DNA from: Actinomycetota bacterium | GTDB taxonomy: Bacteria > Actinomycetota > UBA4738 > HRBIN12 | Assembly (NCBI GenBank): GCA_046731295.1 | Contig: JBKPKU010000105.1 | Location: 10,530 to 74,529 of the forward strand | Reading direction: 5' to 3' | Length of the DNA stretch: 64,000 bases | In this document: piece by piece, positions 25,402 through 36,331 of the stretch | How positions within the stretch are numbered: position 1 is the stretch's first letter | Layout of the letters: the number at the start of each line of letters is the position of its first letter | Made by a program: the position numbers and the translations under genes | Notes under the pieces: model-generated | What the model saw: the letters and a program-made list of their open reading frames with translations, nothing else | The model's database searches: none | Told to the model about the DNA's origin: nothing

Positions 25402-25426
25402 GCTCGGCTCAGGGGGCTCAGGGGGC

Positions 25427-26688
<1,262 letters not shown>

Positions 26689-26692
<4 letters not shown>

Positions 26693-27141
26693 GGCCCGCC
26701 CGGGCCGGGTTTTCGTTCCGCTGCTCGTCCTCGCCATCGCCCTTCAGGCGTGCGGCGGGGACGACGTCGGGTCGTCGGGTTCGGGGAGCGAGAAGGACTC
26801 GGCGGCGCTCGAGGGGCATGTCCTGGATCCTGACCCAGATGCTCTCGCCCGCCGGCCAGACTGAGATCGTCGGGGTCGGGGTGAACGCCTAGTTCGACGG
26901 CACGACGATCACCGGGAACTCGGGCTGCAACCAGTACAACGCCTCCTACGAGGCCAGCGGCAGCCAGATCTCGTTCGGCCCGATCGCCGGAACGAAGATG
27001 GCCTGCGGCGAGCCCGAGTCGAGCACCGAGACCCAGTACCTGCGCCTGCTCGATTCGGTGGCCACCTACGAGGTCAGCGGCCGGTCGATGTCGATGTCGA
27101 ACGGCGACGGCACGCCTGTCCTGCAGTACATGAAGGGTTGA
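26689..27141 (+). pseudogene. META-domain (HslJ-like) lipoprotein, disrupted by two frameshifts and one TAG
   Basis: The C-terminal part 'FDGTTITGNSGCNQYNASYEASGSQISFGPIAGTKMACGEPESSTETQYL' is a clear META domain. The signal peptide 'FVPLLVLAIALQACGG' lies in another frame with no start codon of its own. GTG at 26689 (overlapping the clpX stop) is in the first frame. An in-frame TAG lies at 26890. Confidence 0.65.
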
Positions 27142-27189
27142 CCGAGCTCAGCCCGGCCGTGCCCGGAGGGCTCCCGTAGACTCGCGCGC

Positions 27190-29739
27190 ATGAACGTCCC
27201 CGAGAAGCCGTCCATCGAGGGCCTCGAGGCCAAGTGGGACGAGTGGTGGGAGGCCGCCGGCACCTATCGCTTCGACCGGTCCAAGGCGCGCGAGGACGTG
27301 TTCGCGATCGACACGCCGCCCCCGACGGCGAGCGGGAGCCTGCACATCGGACACGTGTTCTCCTACACGCACACGGACATCGTCGCCCGCTTCCGGCGGA
27401 TGCGGGGCAAGACGGTCTTCTACCCGATGGGGTGGGACGACAACGGGCTGGCCACCGAGCGACGGGTGCAGAACTACTTCGGCGTCCGGTGCGACCCGGC
27501 GCTCCCCTACGACCCGCACTTCGACCTGGACGCGCTGGACCGGCCCGAGGGTGGCGACCCGGTCTCCCTCTCGCGGCCGAACTTCATCGAGCTTTGCGAG
27601 CGGCTGACCGCCGAGGACGAGAAGGCGTTCGAGGCGGTGTTCCGGCTGGCCGGCCTGTCGGTGGACTGGAGCCACACGTACACGACGATCGACGAGCGCT
27701 CGCGGGGGGCCTCCCAGCGTGCGTTCCTCCGGTTGCTGGATCGCGGGCTCGCGTACCAGGCCGAGGCGCCCACGATGTGGGACGTCGACTACCAGAGCGC
27801 GCTCGCGCAGGCCGAAATCGAGGACCGCGAGATCGACGGCGCGTACCATCTGATCCGCTTCGAGCTGGCCGACGGCTCTGGCTCGGTCGAGATCGAGACC
27901 TCACGGCCCGAGCTCATCCCGGCGTGCGTCGCGCTGGTCGTGAACCCCGACGACGACCGATACCGCGCGCTCGTCGGGAAGAACGCCGTGACGCCGCTGT
28001 TCGGCGCCGAGGTCCCGGTCGTCGCGCACGAGCTGGCTGAGCCCGACAAGGGCACCGGCGTCGCGATGATCTGCACGTTCGGCGACATCACCGACGTGAC
28101 CTGGTGGCGCGAACTGAAGCTGCCGGCGCGGGTCGTCGTGCAGCGCGATGGGACGATCGCGCCGTCGCGGTGGGGCGAGCCGGGATGGGAGACCAAGGCG
28201 CCGGACGACGCCGCCCGGGCCCAGGGGGAGCTCGCCGGCCTGCCGACGAAGAAGGCACGGAAGCGGATCGCCGAACTGCTTCGGGAGTCCGACCATCTGA
28301 TCGGCGAGCCCAAGCCCGTGCGGCACGCCGTGAAGTTCTACGAGCGGGGGGAGCGGCCGCTCGAGCTGGTCTCGAGCCGGCAGTGGTTCGTCAAGACGCT
28401 GCGGTTCCGCGAGGAGCTGCTCGAGCGCGGCCGTCAGCTGCGTTGGCACCCCGCATACATGGGGGCCCGATACGCATCGTGGGTCGAGGGCCTGAACGGC
28501 GACTGGTGCGTCAGCCGCCAGCGCTTCTTCGGCGTCGCGTTTCCCGTCTGGTACCGGCTCGACGGGGACGGGAACCCCGACCACGACCACCCCATCGTGG
28601 CCGACGAGTCGCGCCTGCCGGTCGACCCCTCGTCCGACGTTCCCGAGGGATTCGCGGCGGACCAGCGCGGCAAGGCCGGTGGCTTCGTGGGCGACCCCGA
28701 CATCATGGACACGTGGGCCACGTCCTCGCTCACGCCGCAGATCGCGGGGAGGTGGGTGGAGGACGACGACCTGTTCGCCCGCGTGTTCCCGATGGACCTT
28801 CGGCCCCAGGCGCACGAGATCATCCGGACCTGGCTGTTCTACACGGTGCTGAAGTCGCACCTCGAGCACGGCGCGCTGCCGTGGACCGACGCGGTGATCA
28901 GCGGCTTCGTCCTGGACCCCGAGCGCAAGAAGATGTCCAAGTCCAAGGGCAACGTCGTCACGCCGATCGAACACCTCGAGCAGCACGGCGCCGACGCCGT
29001 CCGGTACTGGTCCGCTAGCGCGCGGCTCGGCATCGACGCCGCGTTCGACGAGCAGCAGATCAAGGTCGGACGCCGGCTCGCGATCAAGGTCCTGAACGCG
29101 TCGCGGTTCGTGCTCACGCTCGAACGTCCCGAGGGCGAGATCGCCGACCGGCTCGACCGCTCTATGCTGAAGCAGCTCGCCGACGTGGTCGAGCGGGCCA
29201 CGGCCGCGCTCGAGGACTACGAGCACGCCCGCGCGCTCGAGCTCGTCGAGCGCTTCTTCTGGGGCTTCACCGACGACTACCTCGAGCTCGTCAAGGGCCG
29301 GGCCTACGGGTCGTTCGGGGAGGATGCGGCCGGGTCCGCGATCGGCGCGCTCCGCCTGGCGCTGTCGGTGCTCCTGCGCCTGTTCGCGCCGTTCCTGCCC
29401 TACGTGACGGAGGAGGCCTGGTCGTGGTGGCGCGAGGGCTCGATCCACCGGGCCGCCTGGCCCGCGGCGGACGAGCTCGAGGCCGTCTCGGCCGGCGCCG
29501 AGACCGCCGACTACGAGGTCGCGGCCTGGGTGCTGGGCGAGGTCCGCAAGGCCAAGGCGCTCGCCAAACGCTCACTTCGCACGATCGCCGAGCGCGTCGT
29601 CGTGCGCGACACGCAGGAGCGGCTGAAGCTCCTGCAGGGTGCCGAGCGCGACGTCCGCGAGGCCGGCTCGGTCGCGGCGTTCGAGTACGTCGAGGCGGAC
29701 GAGCCGTCGGTCGAGGTCGAGCTCGCGCCGCCGGACTGA
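27190..29739 (+). CDS. valS: Valine--tRNA ligase
   Basis: 849 aa. 'PPPTASGSLHIGHVFSYT' (HIGH), 'KMSKSKGNVV' (KMSKS) and the ValRS-type editing region. Confidence 0.95.
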   Translation: MNVPEKPSIEGLEAKWDEWWEAAGTYRFDRSKAREDVFAIDTPPPTASGSLHIGHVFSYTHTDIVARFRRMRGKTVFYPMGWDDNGLATERRVQNYFGVRCDPALPYDPHFDLDALDRPEGGDPVSLSRPNFIELCERLTAEDEKAFEAVFRLAGLSVDWSHTYTTIDERSRGASQRAFLRLLDRGLAYQAEAPTMWDVDYQSALAQAEIEDREIDGAYHLIRFELADGSGSVEIETSRPELIPACVALVVNPDDDRYRALVGKNAVTPLFGAEVPVVAHELAEPDKGTGVAMICTFGDITDVTWWRELKLPARVVVQRDGTIAPSRWGEPGWETKAPDDAARAQGELAGLPTKKARKRIAELLRESDHLIGEPKPVRHAVKFYERGERPLELVSSRQWFVKTLRFREELLERGRQLRWHPAYMGARYASWVEGLNGDWCVSRQRFFGVAFPVWYRLDGDGNPDHDHPIVADESRLPVDPSSDVPEGFAADQRGKAGGFVGDPDIMDTWATSSLTPQIAGRWVEDDDLFARVFPMDLRPQAHEIIRTWLFYTVLKSHLEHGALPWTDAVISGFVLDPERKKMSKSKGNVVTPIEHLEQHGADAVRYWSASARLGIDAAFDEQQIKVGRRLAIKVLNASRFVLTLERPEGEIADRLDRSMLKQLADVVERATAALEDYEHARALELVERFFWGFTDDYLELVKGRAYGSFGEDAAGSAIGALRLALSVLLRLFAPFLPYVTEEAWSWWREGSIHRAAWPAADELEAVSAGAETADYEVAAWVLGEVRKAKALAKRSLRTIAERVVVRDTQERLKLLQGAERDVREAGSVAAFEYVEADEPSVEVELAPPD

Positions 29740-29742
29740 CCG

Positions 29743-31029
29743 TTGCGGTTCGACGAGGCCGTCGCCGAGCTCGACGCCCGGCAGCCCGAGCACATGCCCA
29801 AGCCGGACCTGGATCGGATGCGGGCGCTCGCGACCCTGCTCGACGACCCGCACCTGACGTACCCGACGATCCACGTGACCGGCACGAACGGCAAGACCAC
29901 GACGGCCCGCCTCGTCGCGGCGATCGCGTGCGCGCACGGGCTGACGACGGGGTTGTTCACCTCCCCACACCTGGTCTCGGTGGTCGAGCGCTTCGAGATC
30001 TGCGGGGAGCCGATCGCCGAGGAGACGTTCGGGGAGGAGTACGAGCACCTGGCCCCCTACCTGCGCTCGGTGGACGAGCGGGTGGGGCGCGTGACGTACT
30101 TCGAGACGCTCGCGGCGCTCGGCTTCCTCGTGTTCGCCGACGCGCCGGTCGCGCTCGGCGTGTTCGAGGTGGGGATGGGCGGGACCTGGGACGCGACGAA
30201 CCTGGTGGCGGGCGACGTCGCGGTGGTCTGCCCGATCGGCCTGGACCACCGCGAGCTCGGCTCGACGATCGCCGAGGTGGCGGGGGAGAAGGCCGGGATC
30301 ATCAAGGAGGGCAGGGTCGCGGTCGTGCGCGAACAGGTGCCCGATGTGCTCGACGTGCTCGAACGCCGATGCGAGGAGCAGATCGCGACGATGCTGCTCG
30401 AGGACCGCGAGTGGGGGCTCGAGCAGCGCACGGCCGCGGTCGGCGGGCAGGCGTTCACGGTTCGCGGCCTGCACGCCTCGTACGACGAGCTCCTCCTGCC
30501 GATCCACGGCGAGCACGCCGCCCGGAACGCGGCGGCGGCGATCGCCGCGGTCGAGGCCCTGCTCGAACGCGAGCTGCACGCCGACGCGGTCCGCGCGGCG
30601 CTCGCGTCCGCGACCTCGCCGGGCCGGCTCGAGGTCGTCGGCCGTCACCCGCTCGTCGTGCTGGACGGCGCGCACAACCCCGCTGCGGCCGAGGCGCTCG
30701 CGATCGCCCTGCCGGAGACGTTCGCCGGTGACCGGCTGCACCTCGTCATGGCCGTCTTCCGGGACAAGGACCTCGATGGCATCGTCCGGGCGATCGCGCC
30801 GCTCGCCGACGCGGGCTACGCGACCGCCGTCGAAAGCGTTCGGGCGCGCCCGGCCAAGGAGGTGGCGACCGCGTTGACCGCTGTCGGCGTGCCGACGGAG
30901 ACGTTCGGCAGCGTGGCCGATGCGCTCGTTGCGGCGAAGCGGGCCGCGTCCGAGGAAGACGTCATCCTCGTGACGGGCTCTCTGTACACTGTCGCGGACG
31001 CCCGCCGGGCATTGGTGGGGGAATCCTGA
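29743..31029 (+). CDS. folC: Bifunctional folylpolyglutamate synthase/dihydrofolate synthase
   Basis: TTG start. 'IHVTGTNGKTTTARL', 'FTSPHL' and 'LDGAHNPAAAEAL'. Confidence 0.9.
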   Translation: MRFDEAVAELDARQPEHMPKPDLDRMRALATLLDDPHLTYPTIHVTGTNGKTTTARLVAAIACAHGLTTGLFTSPHLVSVVERFEICGEPIAEETFGEEYEHLAPYLRSVDERVGRVTYFETLAALGFLVFADAPVALGVFEVGMGGTWDATNLVAGDVAVVCPIGLDHRELGSTIAEVAGEKAGIIKEGRVAVVREQVPDVLDVLERRCEEQIATMLLEDREWGLEQRTAAVGGQAFTVRGLHASYDELLLPIHGEHAARNAAAAIAAVEALLERELHADAVRAALASATSPGRLEVVGRHPLVVLDGAHNPAAAEALAIALPETFAGDRLHLVMAVFRDKDLDGIVRAIAPLADAGYATAVESVRARPAKEVATALTAVGVPTETFGSVADALVAAKRAASEEDVILVTGSLYTVADARRALVGES

Positions 31030-31031
31030 GG

Positions 31032-31436
31032 ATGGTTGTCGAATCGACGCTGCTCATCGTCAAGCCAGATGGCGTTCGTCGCGGGCTGGTCGGCGAGGTG
31101 TTGCGCCGCGCCGAGGACAAGGGCCTGCGCATCGCGGAGATCCGTTCGCTCACGATCGATCGTTCCCTGGCCGAGGAGCACTACGGTGAGCACCGCGACA
31201 AGCCGTTCTTCGGCGAGCTCGTCGAGTTCATCACGTCCGGTTCGGTCGTGGTCGCGCGGCTCGAGGGCGAGGGCGCGATCGGCGCGTGGCGAACGATCAT
31301 GGGACCCACCGACCCCGTCGACGCCCCGCCCGGCACGATCCGGGGAGACTACGGAACGATCATCACCGAGAACCTGGTGCACGGCAGCGACTCGCCCGAG
31401 TCCGCCGATCGCGAGCTCAAGCTGTTCTTCGGGTAG
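31032..31436 (+). CDS. ndk: Nucleoside-diphosphate kinase
   Basis: 'TLLIVKPDGVRRGLVGEV', 'GPTDP...APPGTIRGDYG' and 'NLVHGSDS' (catalytic His). Confidence 0.95.
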   Translation: MVVESTLLIVKPDGVRRGLVGEVLRRAEDKGLRIAEIRSLTIDRSLAEEHYGEHRDKPFFGELVEFITSGSVVVARLEGEGAIGAWRTIMGPTDPVDAPPGTIRGDYGTIITENLVHGSDSPESADRELKLFFG

Positions 31437-31824
31437 CGGCCCTCCGCATCCGCAGGACCTCGGTGACACCGGCGAGGCGCCTCTCGACGAACCGGACGAA
31501 CGGCGGCGCGAGGCGCAGCTCCGGATCCGCGATGAGCTCGGGTTCGACGAGGCGAACGTCCCGCCCGCGCGTCCGGAGTGTGCACATCCTCGCGGCGAGG
31601 ACGTTCTTCACCCACTGCACGTCCGAGCCGTAGGTCAAGAAGAACAGGTAGTTGTCCCCGCGCCGGAACACGTTGACCGGCGTCTCGTAGATGCGGCCGG
31701 TCTTGCGTCCTCGGTGGATCACGATGCCGAAGCCCGTCAGTCTCCCCGCCACCGGTCGCAGGATCGGGTCCACGTATCGGGTGGCGGCGTGCCGGAAGCG
31801 CCACACGCGCGTGCGACCGCTCAT
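31417..31824 (-). CDS. Nitroreductase-family deazaflavin-dependent oxidoreductase-like protein (DUF385 type)
   Basis: 'IHRGRKTGRIYETPVNVFRRGDNYLFFLTYGSDVQWVKNVLAA'. The 3' end overlaps the ndk 3' end by 20 nt. Confidence 0.65.
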   Translation of the reverse strand: MSGRTRVWRFRHAATRYVDPILRPVAGRLTGFGIVIHRGRKTGRIYETPVNVFRRGDNYLFFLTYGSDVQWVKNVLAARMCTLRTRGRDVRLVEPELIADPELRLAPPFVRFVERRLAGVTEVLRMRRAATRRTA

Positions 31825-31861
31825 GTTCGTGAACCTAGCCGGTCGGTCAGCGTACGGCGCG

Positions 31862-33094
31862 CTACGCGACCTTGCGGAACGCCACCACGGCGTTGTGCCC
31901 GCCGAACCCGAACGAGTTCGACATCGCGAACGTCACGTCCATCTCGCGAGCTTTGTTCGGGACGTAGTCGAGGTCGCAGTCGGGGTCCTGGGTCTGGTAG
32001 TGGATCGTGGGCGGCACTAGGCCGCGGTCGATCGCCAGCACGCACACGGCGCCTTCGACCGCGCCGGCGGCCCCGAGCATGTGCCCGGTCATCGACTTGG
32101 TGGACGAGATCGCGACCCGGTGGGCCTGCTCGTCGCCGAGCACGGCCTTGATGGCCGCGGTCTCGGCCGCGTCGTTGAGCGGCGTCGACGTGCCGTGCGC
32201 GTTCACGTACGTGACCGCGGAGGGCTCCTCGCCCGCGTCCCGCAGCGCCCACCCCATCGCGAGCGCGGCGCCCGATCCCTTGGGGTCAGGCGCGGTGATG
32301 TGGAATGCGTCGTCCGAGGCGCCGTATCCGGCCACCTCGCAGTAGATCTTCGCGCCGCGCGCCGTCGCGTGCTTCTCGGATTCGAGCACCAACGTGCACG
32401 CGCCCTCGGACAGGACGAACCCGTCCCTGGCCTTGTCGAACGGCCGGGACGCGGTCTCGGGGTCCGGGTTCTTCGTCAGCGCGGTCATCTGCGCGAAGGC
32501 CGCGACCGTCAGCGGCAGGGTCGCGGCCTCGGAACCGCCGGCGATGCACAGGTCGAGGTACCCATCGCGGATGTAGCGCAGGCTCTCGCCGATCGCGTGG
32601 TTCGAGGAGGAGCAGGCGGACACGGTGCACAGGTTCGGGCCGGTGAAGCCGAATCGCATCGCGATGTGGCCGCTCGCAGCGTTGGCCATCAGGGCCGGCA
32701 CCATGAACGGCGAGACGCGCCCCGGCCCCTTCTCCATGAGGACGCTGTGCTGCTGAAGCAGGGTCGAGATGCCGCCGATCCCGGTGGCGTAGATCACGCC
32801 GGCGCGCTCCGCCGGGACCTCGGGCTTCCCGGCGTCCTCCCAGGCGAGGGCGGCCGACGACACCGCGAAGTGGACGAACCGGTCCGTGCGCCGGATCTCC
32901 TTGGCGTCCAGCCATGGGCTCGGATCGAAGTCGGGGACCTCGCCCGCGACCGAGACCGGGAGGTCGTCGGCGTCGAACGCGGTGATCGTTCGGATCCCGT
33001 TGCGGCCGTTGGTCAGCCCGGCCCAGAACTCATCGACGCCGGTGCCGACCGGCGTGACCGGGCCGATGCCGGTGACGACGACGCGCTCGCCCAT
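31862..33094 (-). CDS. fabF: 3-oxoacyl-ACP synthase II
   Basis: 'CTVSACSSSNHAIGE' (active-site Cys), 'VNAHGTSTPLND' and 'NSFGFGGHN'. Confidence 0.95.
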   Translation of the reverse strand: MGERVVVTGIGPVTPVGTGVDEFWAGLTNGRNGIRTITAFDADDLPVSVAGEVPDFDPSPWLDAKEIRRTDRFVHFAVSSAALAWEDAGKPEVPAERAGVIYATGIGGISTLLQQHSVLMEKGPGRVSPFMVPALMANAASGHIAMRFGFTGPNLCTVSACSSSNHAIGESLRYIRDGYLDLCIAGGSEAATLPLTVAAFAQMTALTKNPDPETASRPFDKARDGFVLSEGACTLVLESEKHATARGAKIYCEVAGYGASDDAFHITAPDPKGSGAALAMGWALRDAGEEPSAVTYVNAHGTSTPLNDAAETAAIKAVLGDEQAHRVAISSTKSMTGHMLGAAGAVEGAVCVLAIDRGLVPPTIHYQTQDPDCDLDYVPNKAREMDVTFAMSNSFGFGGHNAVVAFRKVA

Positions 33095-33100
33095 CCGGCC

Positions 33101-33349
33101 CTACGAGGCTCCGAGCTTCTGCTCGACGAGCGCTACGGCCTGCCCGACCGTCTTGACACCCTCCATCTCCTCTTCGGGGATGTCGATGCTCCACTCCTCC
33201 TCGAGGGCGAGCACCGCCTCGACGAGGTCGAGCGAGTCGGCGTTCAGGTCCTCGGCGAACCGGGCGTCGGGCACGACCTGCGCCTCGTCGACAGCCAGCT
33301 GTTCGGCCAGGACCTTGCGGACCCGAGCCTCGATCTCTGCCTTGTCCAT
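33101..33349 (-). CDS. acpP: Acyl carrier protein
   Basis: 82 aa. 'FAEDLNADSLDLVEAVLALEEEW' contains the DSL phosphopantetheine site. Confidence 0.95.
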   Translation of the reverse strand: MDKAEIEARVRKVLAEQLAVDEAQVVPDARFAEDLNADSLDLVEAVLALEEEWSIDIPEEEMEGVKTVGQAVALVEQKLGAS

Positions 33350-33423
33350 CCTTCCTCCTATGTCTTGTGCCTCGTGGGTTCGTCGGGACGACGGCCCATG
33401 CTACGGGCCGGGCCGTCCCCAGA

Positions 33424-34170
33424 CTAGGCGGTCAGCCCGCCGTCCACGGCGATGACCGCGCCGTTCACGTACGACGCCTCCTCGGACATCACGAACCGAA
33501 CGACGTTGGCGACCTCCTCGAGGTGTGCGGGCCTGCGCAGGGGCGTCTGGTCGACGTAGTACGCGCGGGCCGGCTCGGTCAGGTGCGAGGTCATCTCGGT
33601 GTCGAGCAGCCCGGGGCACAGAACGTTGACCGTGATGCCCTTGCCGCCCACCTCGCGGGCGAGCGACTTCGTCAGGCCGACCAGACCGGACTTCGTCGCG
33701 GCGTAGACCGTCTGCCCGGCGTTGCCGTGCAGGGCCACGGCCGAGGACATGTTCACGATCCGCCCCCACTTCGCGCGTAACATGCCGCGGAGCGCCGCCT
33801 GGCTGCTGAGGAACGCGCCGCGCAGGTTGGTGGCCATCGTCTGCTCGTAGACGTCCATCGGGTACTTGAGGAGAAGGCCGTCGCGCGACATCCCGGCGTT
33901 GTTGACCAGGCCCGTCACCGGCCCGAGCTCGTCGCCGACGCGGCGGAACGCCTCGGTCACCGACGCCTCGTCGGTGACGTCGAGCGCCACGGCCAGCCCG
34001 GGCCTGCCGAGCTGCTCGAGTGCGGTGAGCGTCTCCTTTGCATCGGCCTCGCTGGAGCGGTAGCCGATCGCGACGCTCCATCCGCCGCGCGTGAGCGCCT
34101 CGGCGCAGGCGCGTCCGATCCCGCGCGAACCGCCGGTGACGACGGCGACCTTGTCGGGGGCGTCGCTCAC
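33424..34170 (-). CDS. fabG: 3-oxoacyl-ACP reductase (SDR)
   Basis: GTG at 34170 overlaps the fabH stop. 'VAVVTGGSRGIGRA', 'NNAG' and 'YAATKSGLVGLTKSLA'. Confidence 0.85.
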   Translation of the reverse strand: MSDAPDKVAVVTGGSRGIGRACAEALTRGGWSVAIGYRSSEADAKETLTALEQLGRPGLAVALDVTDEASVTEAFRRVGDELGPVTGLVNNAGMSRDGLLLKYPMDVYEQTMATNLRGAFLSSQAALRGMLRAKWGRIVNMSSAVALHGNAGQTVYAATKSGLVGLTKSLAREVGGKGITVNVLCPGLLDTEMTSHLTEPARAYYVDQTPLRRPAHLEEVANVVRFVMSEEASYVNGAVIAVDGGLTA

Positions 34171-35171
34171 GGCGCGTCCGGGCCCGTCCAGCGGATCAGG
34201 TTCGCCCCCCACGCAAGGCCCGCCCCGAACGACGTCAGCAGAACGAGGTCGCCGGTCCGAACCCGACCCGCGCGCCACGCGCGGTCGAGCGCCACCGGGA
34301 TCGAAGCGGCCGAGGTGTTGCCCACGGACGCGACGTCCACGACGGCGCGCTCCTCGGGGATCCTCAGGCGTTCGGCGACGGCGATCATGATCCGCGCGTT
34401 CGCCTGGTGGGGGATCAGCAGGTCCACGTCCTCGGGTGCGTAGCCGGACTTCTCCAGGAGCTCGCGGCAGGCGTTCGCCATCTCGACCACGGCGCGCTTG
34501 AACACCTCGCGGCCCTTCGGCATGTGGATCGTGTGGTCCCTCGCGTCGAGCGACTCGTGGCTCGGGGGCCGCGCCGAGCCGCCCCCGGGGATGATCAGGA
34601 TCTCGGCGGCTCGCCCGTCGGCGCCCAAGACCGAGCCAAGCACGCCGGGCGCTTCGGAACGCCGGAGGACGACGGCCCCCGCGCCGTCGCCGAACAGCAC
34701 GCAGGTGGTGCGGTCCTCGAAGTTCATGACCCGCGACAGGATCTCGGCGCCGGCGACCAGCACGGTCTCGGCCTGGCCGGACTCGATGAACGCGCTCGCG
34801 GTCGACATCCCGTAGGAGAAGCCGGCACACGCCGCGTTGATGTCGAAGGCCGGCACGGCGATGCCGAGCTTGCGCTGCATCCACACGGCGGTCGATGGGA
34901 TGGGGGTGTCGCCGGTCAGCGTGGCGCACACCACCAGATCGACCTGCTCGGGCACGATCCCGGCGGTGTCGAGCGCGCGGCGGGCGGCCTCGGTCGCGAG
35001 GTCCGACGTGGTCTGGCCCTCGACCGCGAAGCGCCTCTCGCGGATGCCGGTACGGTCACGGATCCATTCATCGCTGGTGTCGATGAACGACTCGAACCAC
35101 TCGTTGGGCACGATCCGATCCGGCAGGATCGAGCCCAGGCCGGCCACAGTCGCGTGGCGTTCAGAGCCCAC
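34167..35171 (-). CDS. fabH: 3-oxoacyl-ACP synthase III
   Basis: GTG at 35171. 'DTSDEWIRDRTGIRERR', 'DINAACAGFSYG' and 'HQANARI'. Confidence 0.9.
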   Translation of the reverse strand: MGSERHATVAGLGSILPDRIVPNEWFESFIDTSDEWIRDRTGIRERRFAVEGQTTSDLATEAARRALDTAGIVPEQVDLVVCATLTGDTPIPSTAVWMQRKLGIAVPAFDINAACAGFSYGMSTASAFIESGQAETVLVAGAEILSRVMNFEDRTTCVLFGDGAGAVVLRRSEAPGVLGSVLGADGRAAEILIIPGGGSARPPSHESLDARDHTIHMPKGREVFKRAVVEMANACRELLEKSGYAPEDVDLLIPHQANARIMIAVAERLRIPEERAVVDVASVGNTSAASIPVALDRAWRAGRVRTGDLVLLTSFGAGLAWGANLIRWTGPDAP

Positions 35172-35258
35172 GATTCCCCCTCCGGGCGGCCGTCGCCGCC
35201 CACCTGGGCATCGAGGATAGCGTTCGGGCACCCCGCTCGACGGGAGCGCCGGGCGGTC

Positions 35259-36176
35259 TCAGCGCAGTTCCGCCGCAAGGGCGGCCGCGGCCTCGGGCGA
35301 GCCGATCGCGGCCGCGCGCGCCTCCGGGACCACGCGCTTCGCGAGCCTGGTCAGCGCGTCGCCCGGCCCTGCCTCGAGGAAGGTGTCCGCCCCTGCCGAC
35401 TGCAGCGCCCGGGCGCACGAGACCCATCGGACGGCCGAGACCACCTGGCGCTTGGCGAGCGCCCGGAGCGCCTCGGGGTCGATGACCAGCTCGCCCGTGA
35501 CGTTCGAGGCGACCGGGAACGACGGCGGCCCGAACGGGGCCTCATCGATCGCCACCGAGAGCGGCTCGACGGCCGGCTCCATGAGCGGGGAGTGGAAGGC
35601 GCCGGCGACGTTCAGGCGCACTGCGCGGATCCTTCGCCCCGCCGCCAGCGCCTCGGCGCGTTCGATCGCGGGAATGCTCCCGCTGATCACCGATTGCTGT
35701 GGCGAGTTCTCGTTCGCGACGATCAGCACATCATCGCGCCGGGCCTCGTCGCAGAGCGCGGCCGCGTCCTCGACGCCCACGCCCAACAGCGCCGCCATCG
35801 TGCCGGGGCGCGCCTCGCCCGCCTCCTGCATCGCGCGACCCCGAAGGGCGACGATCCGCATCGCGTCACCGAGCGCGAGGACGCCTGCCGCCACCAGTGC
35901 CGCGAACTCGCCAAGCGAGTGCCCCGCGGCGCCGACGAACGACACGCCCTCCGCCTCGAGCGAGCGGCACGCGGCTACGTCGCACGCGAGCAGCGCCGGC
36001 TGTGCGAACGCGGTGGTGGCGAGCGCCGACTCGTCCCGGCTGCCCTCCACGACATCCCGGCCGAGCGTCTCCGTTGCCTCGGCGAGCACCTGTGATGCGA
36101 CGTCGTTGGTCATCCACACGTCGGCCATCCCGACGAACTGTGAGCCTTGACCTGGGAAGATGACCGCCGCTCGCAA
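35259..36176 (-). CDS. fabD: Malonyl-CoA:ACP transacylase
   Basis: 'VIFPGQGSQFVGM', 'GHSLGEFAALV' and 'VAGAFHSPLM'. Confidence 0.9.
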   Translation of the reverse strand: MRAAVIFPGQGSQFVGMADVWMTNDVASQVLAEATETLGRDVVEGSRDESALATTAFAQPALLACDVAACRSLEAEGVSFVGAAGHSLGEFAALVAAGVLALGDAMRIVALRGRAMQEAGEARPGTMAALLGVGVEDAAALCDEARRDDVLIVANENSPQQSVISGSIPAIERAEALAAGRRIRAVRLNVAGAFHSPLMEPAVEPLSVAIDEAPFGPPSFPVASNVTGELVIDPEALRALAKRQVVSAVRWVSCARALQSAGADTFLEAGPGDALTRLAKRVVPEARAAAIGSPEAAAALAAELR

Positions 36177-36331
36177 ACGCGCTTCCCTCCGTTGGCGTCC
36201 GCCGAACCCTACTGCGTGGGTCTAGACACCCGAAACCGCAGGTCACGGGTGCCGTGAACCCTAAGGTTGTCTCCACGTGCGGTCGAGAGTTGCCGTGCCG
36301 AAACGCGTTCGGGTACAAAGAGCGCGAACCT

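Noticed and set aside
26890-26892. In-frame TAG in the META-domain gene as programmed read-through or pyrrolysine
   Set aside because: There is no Pyl machinery or PYLIS-like context, the gene also carries two frameshifts, and TAG is used as an ordinary stop elsewhere in the window (for example the STAS gene and rplU).
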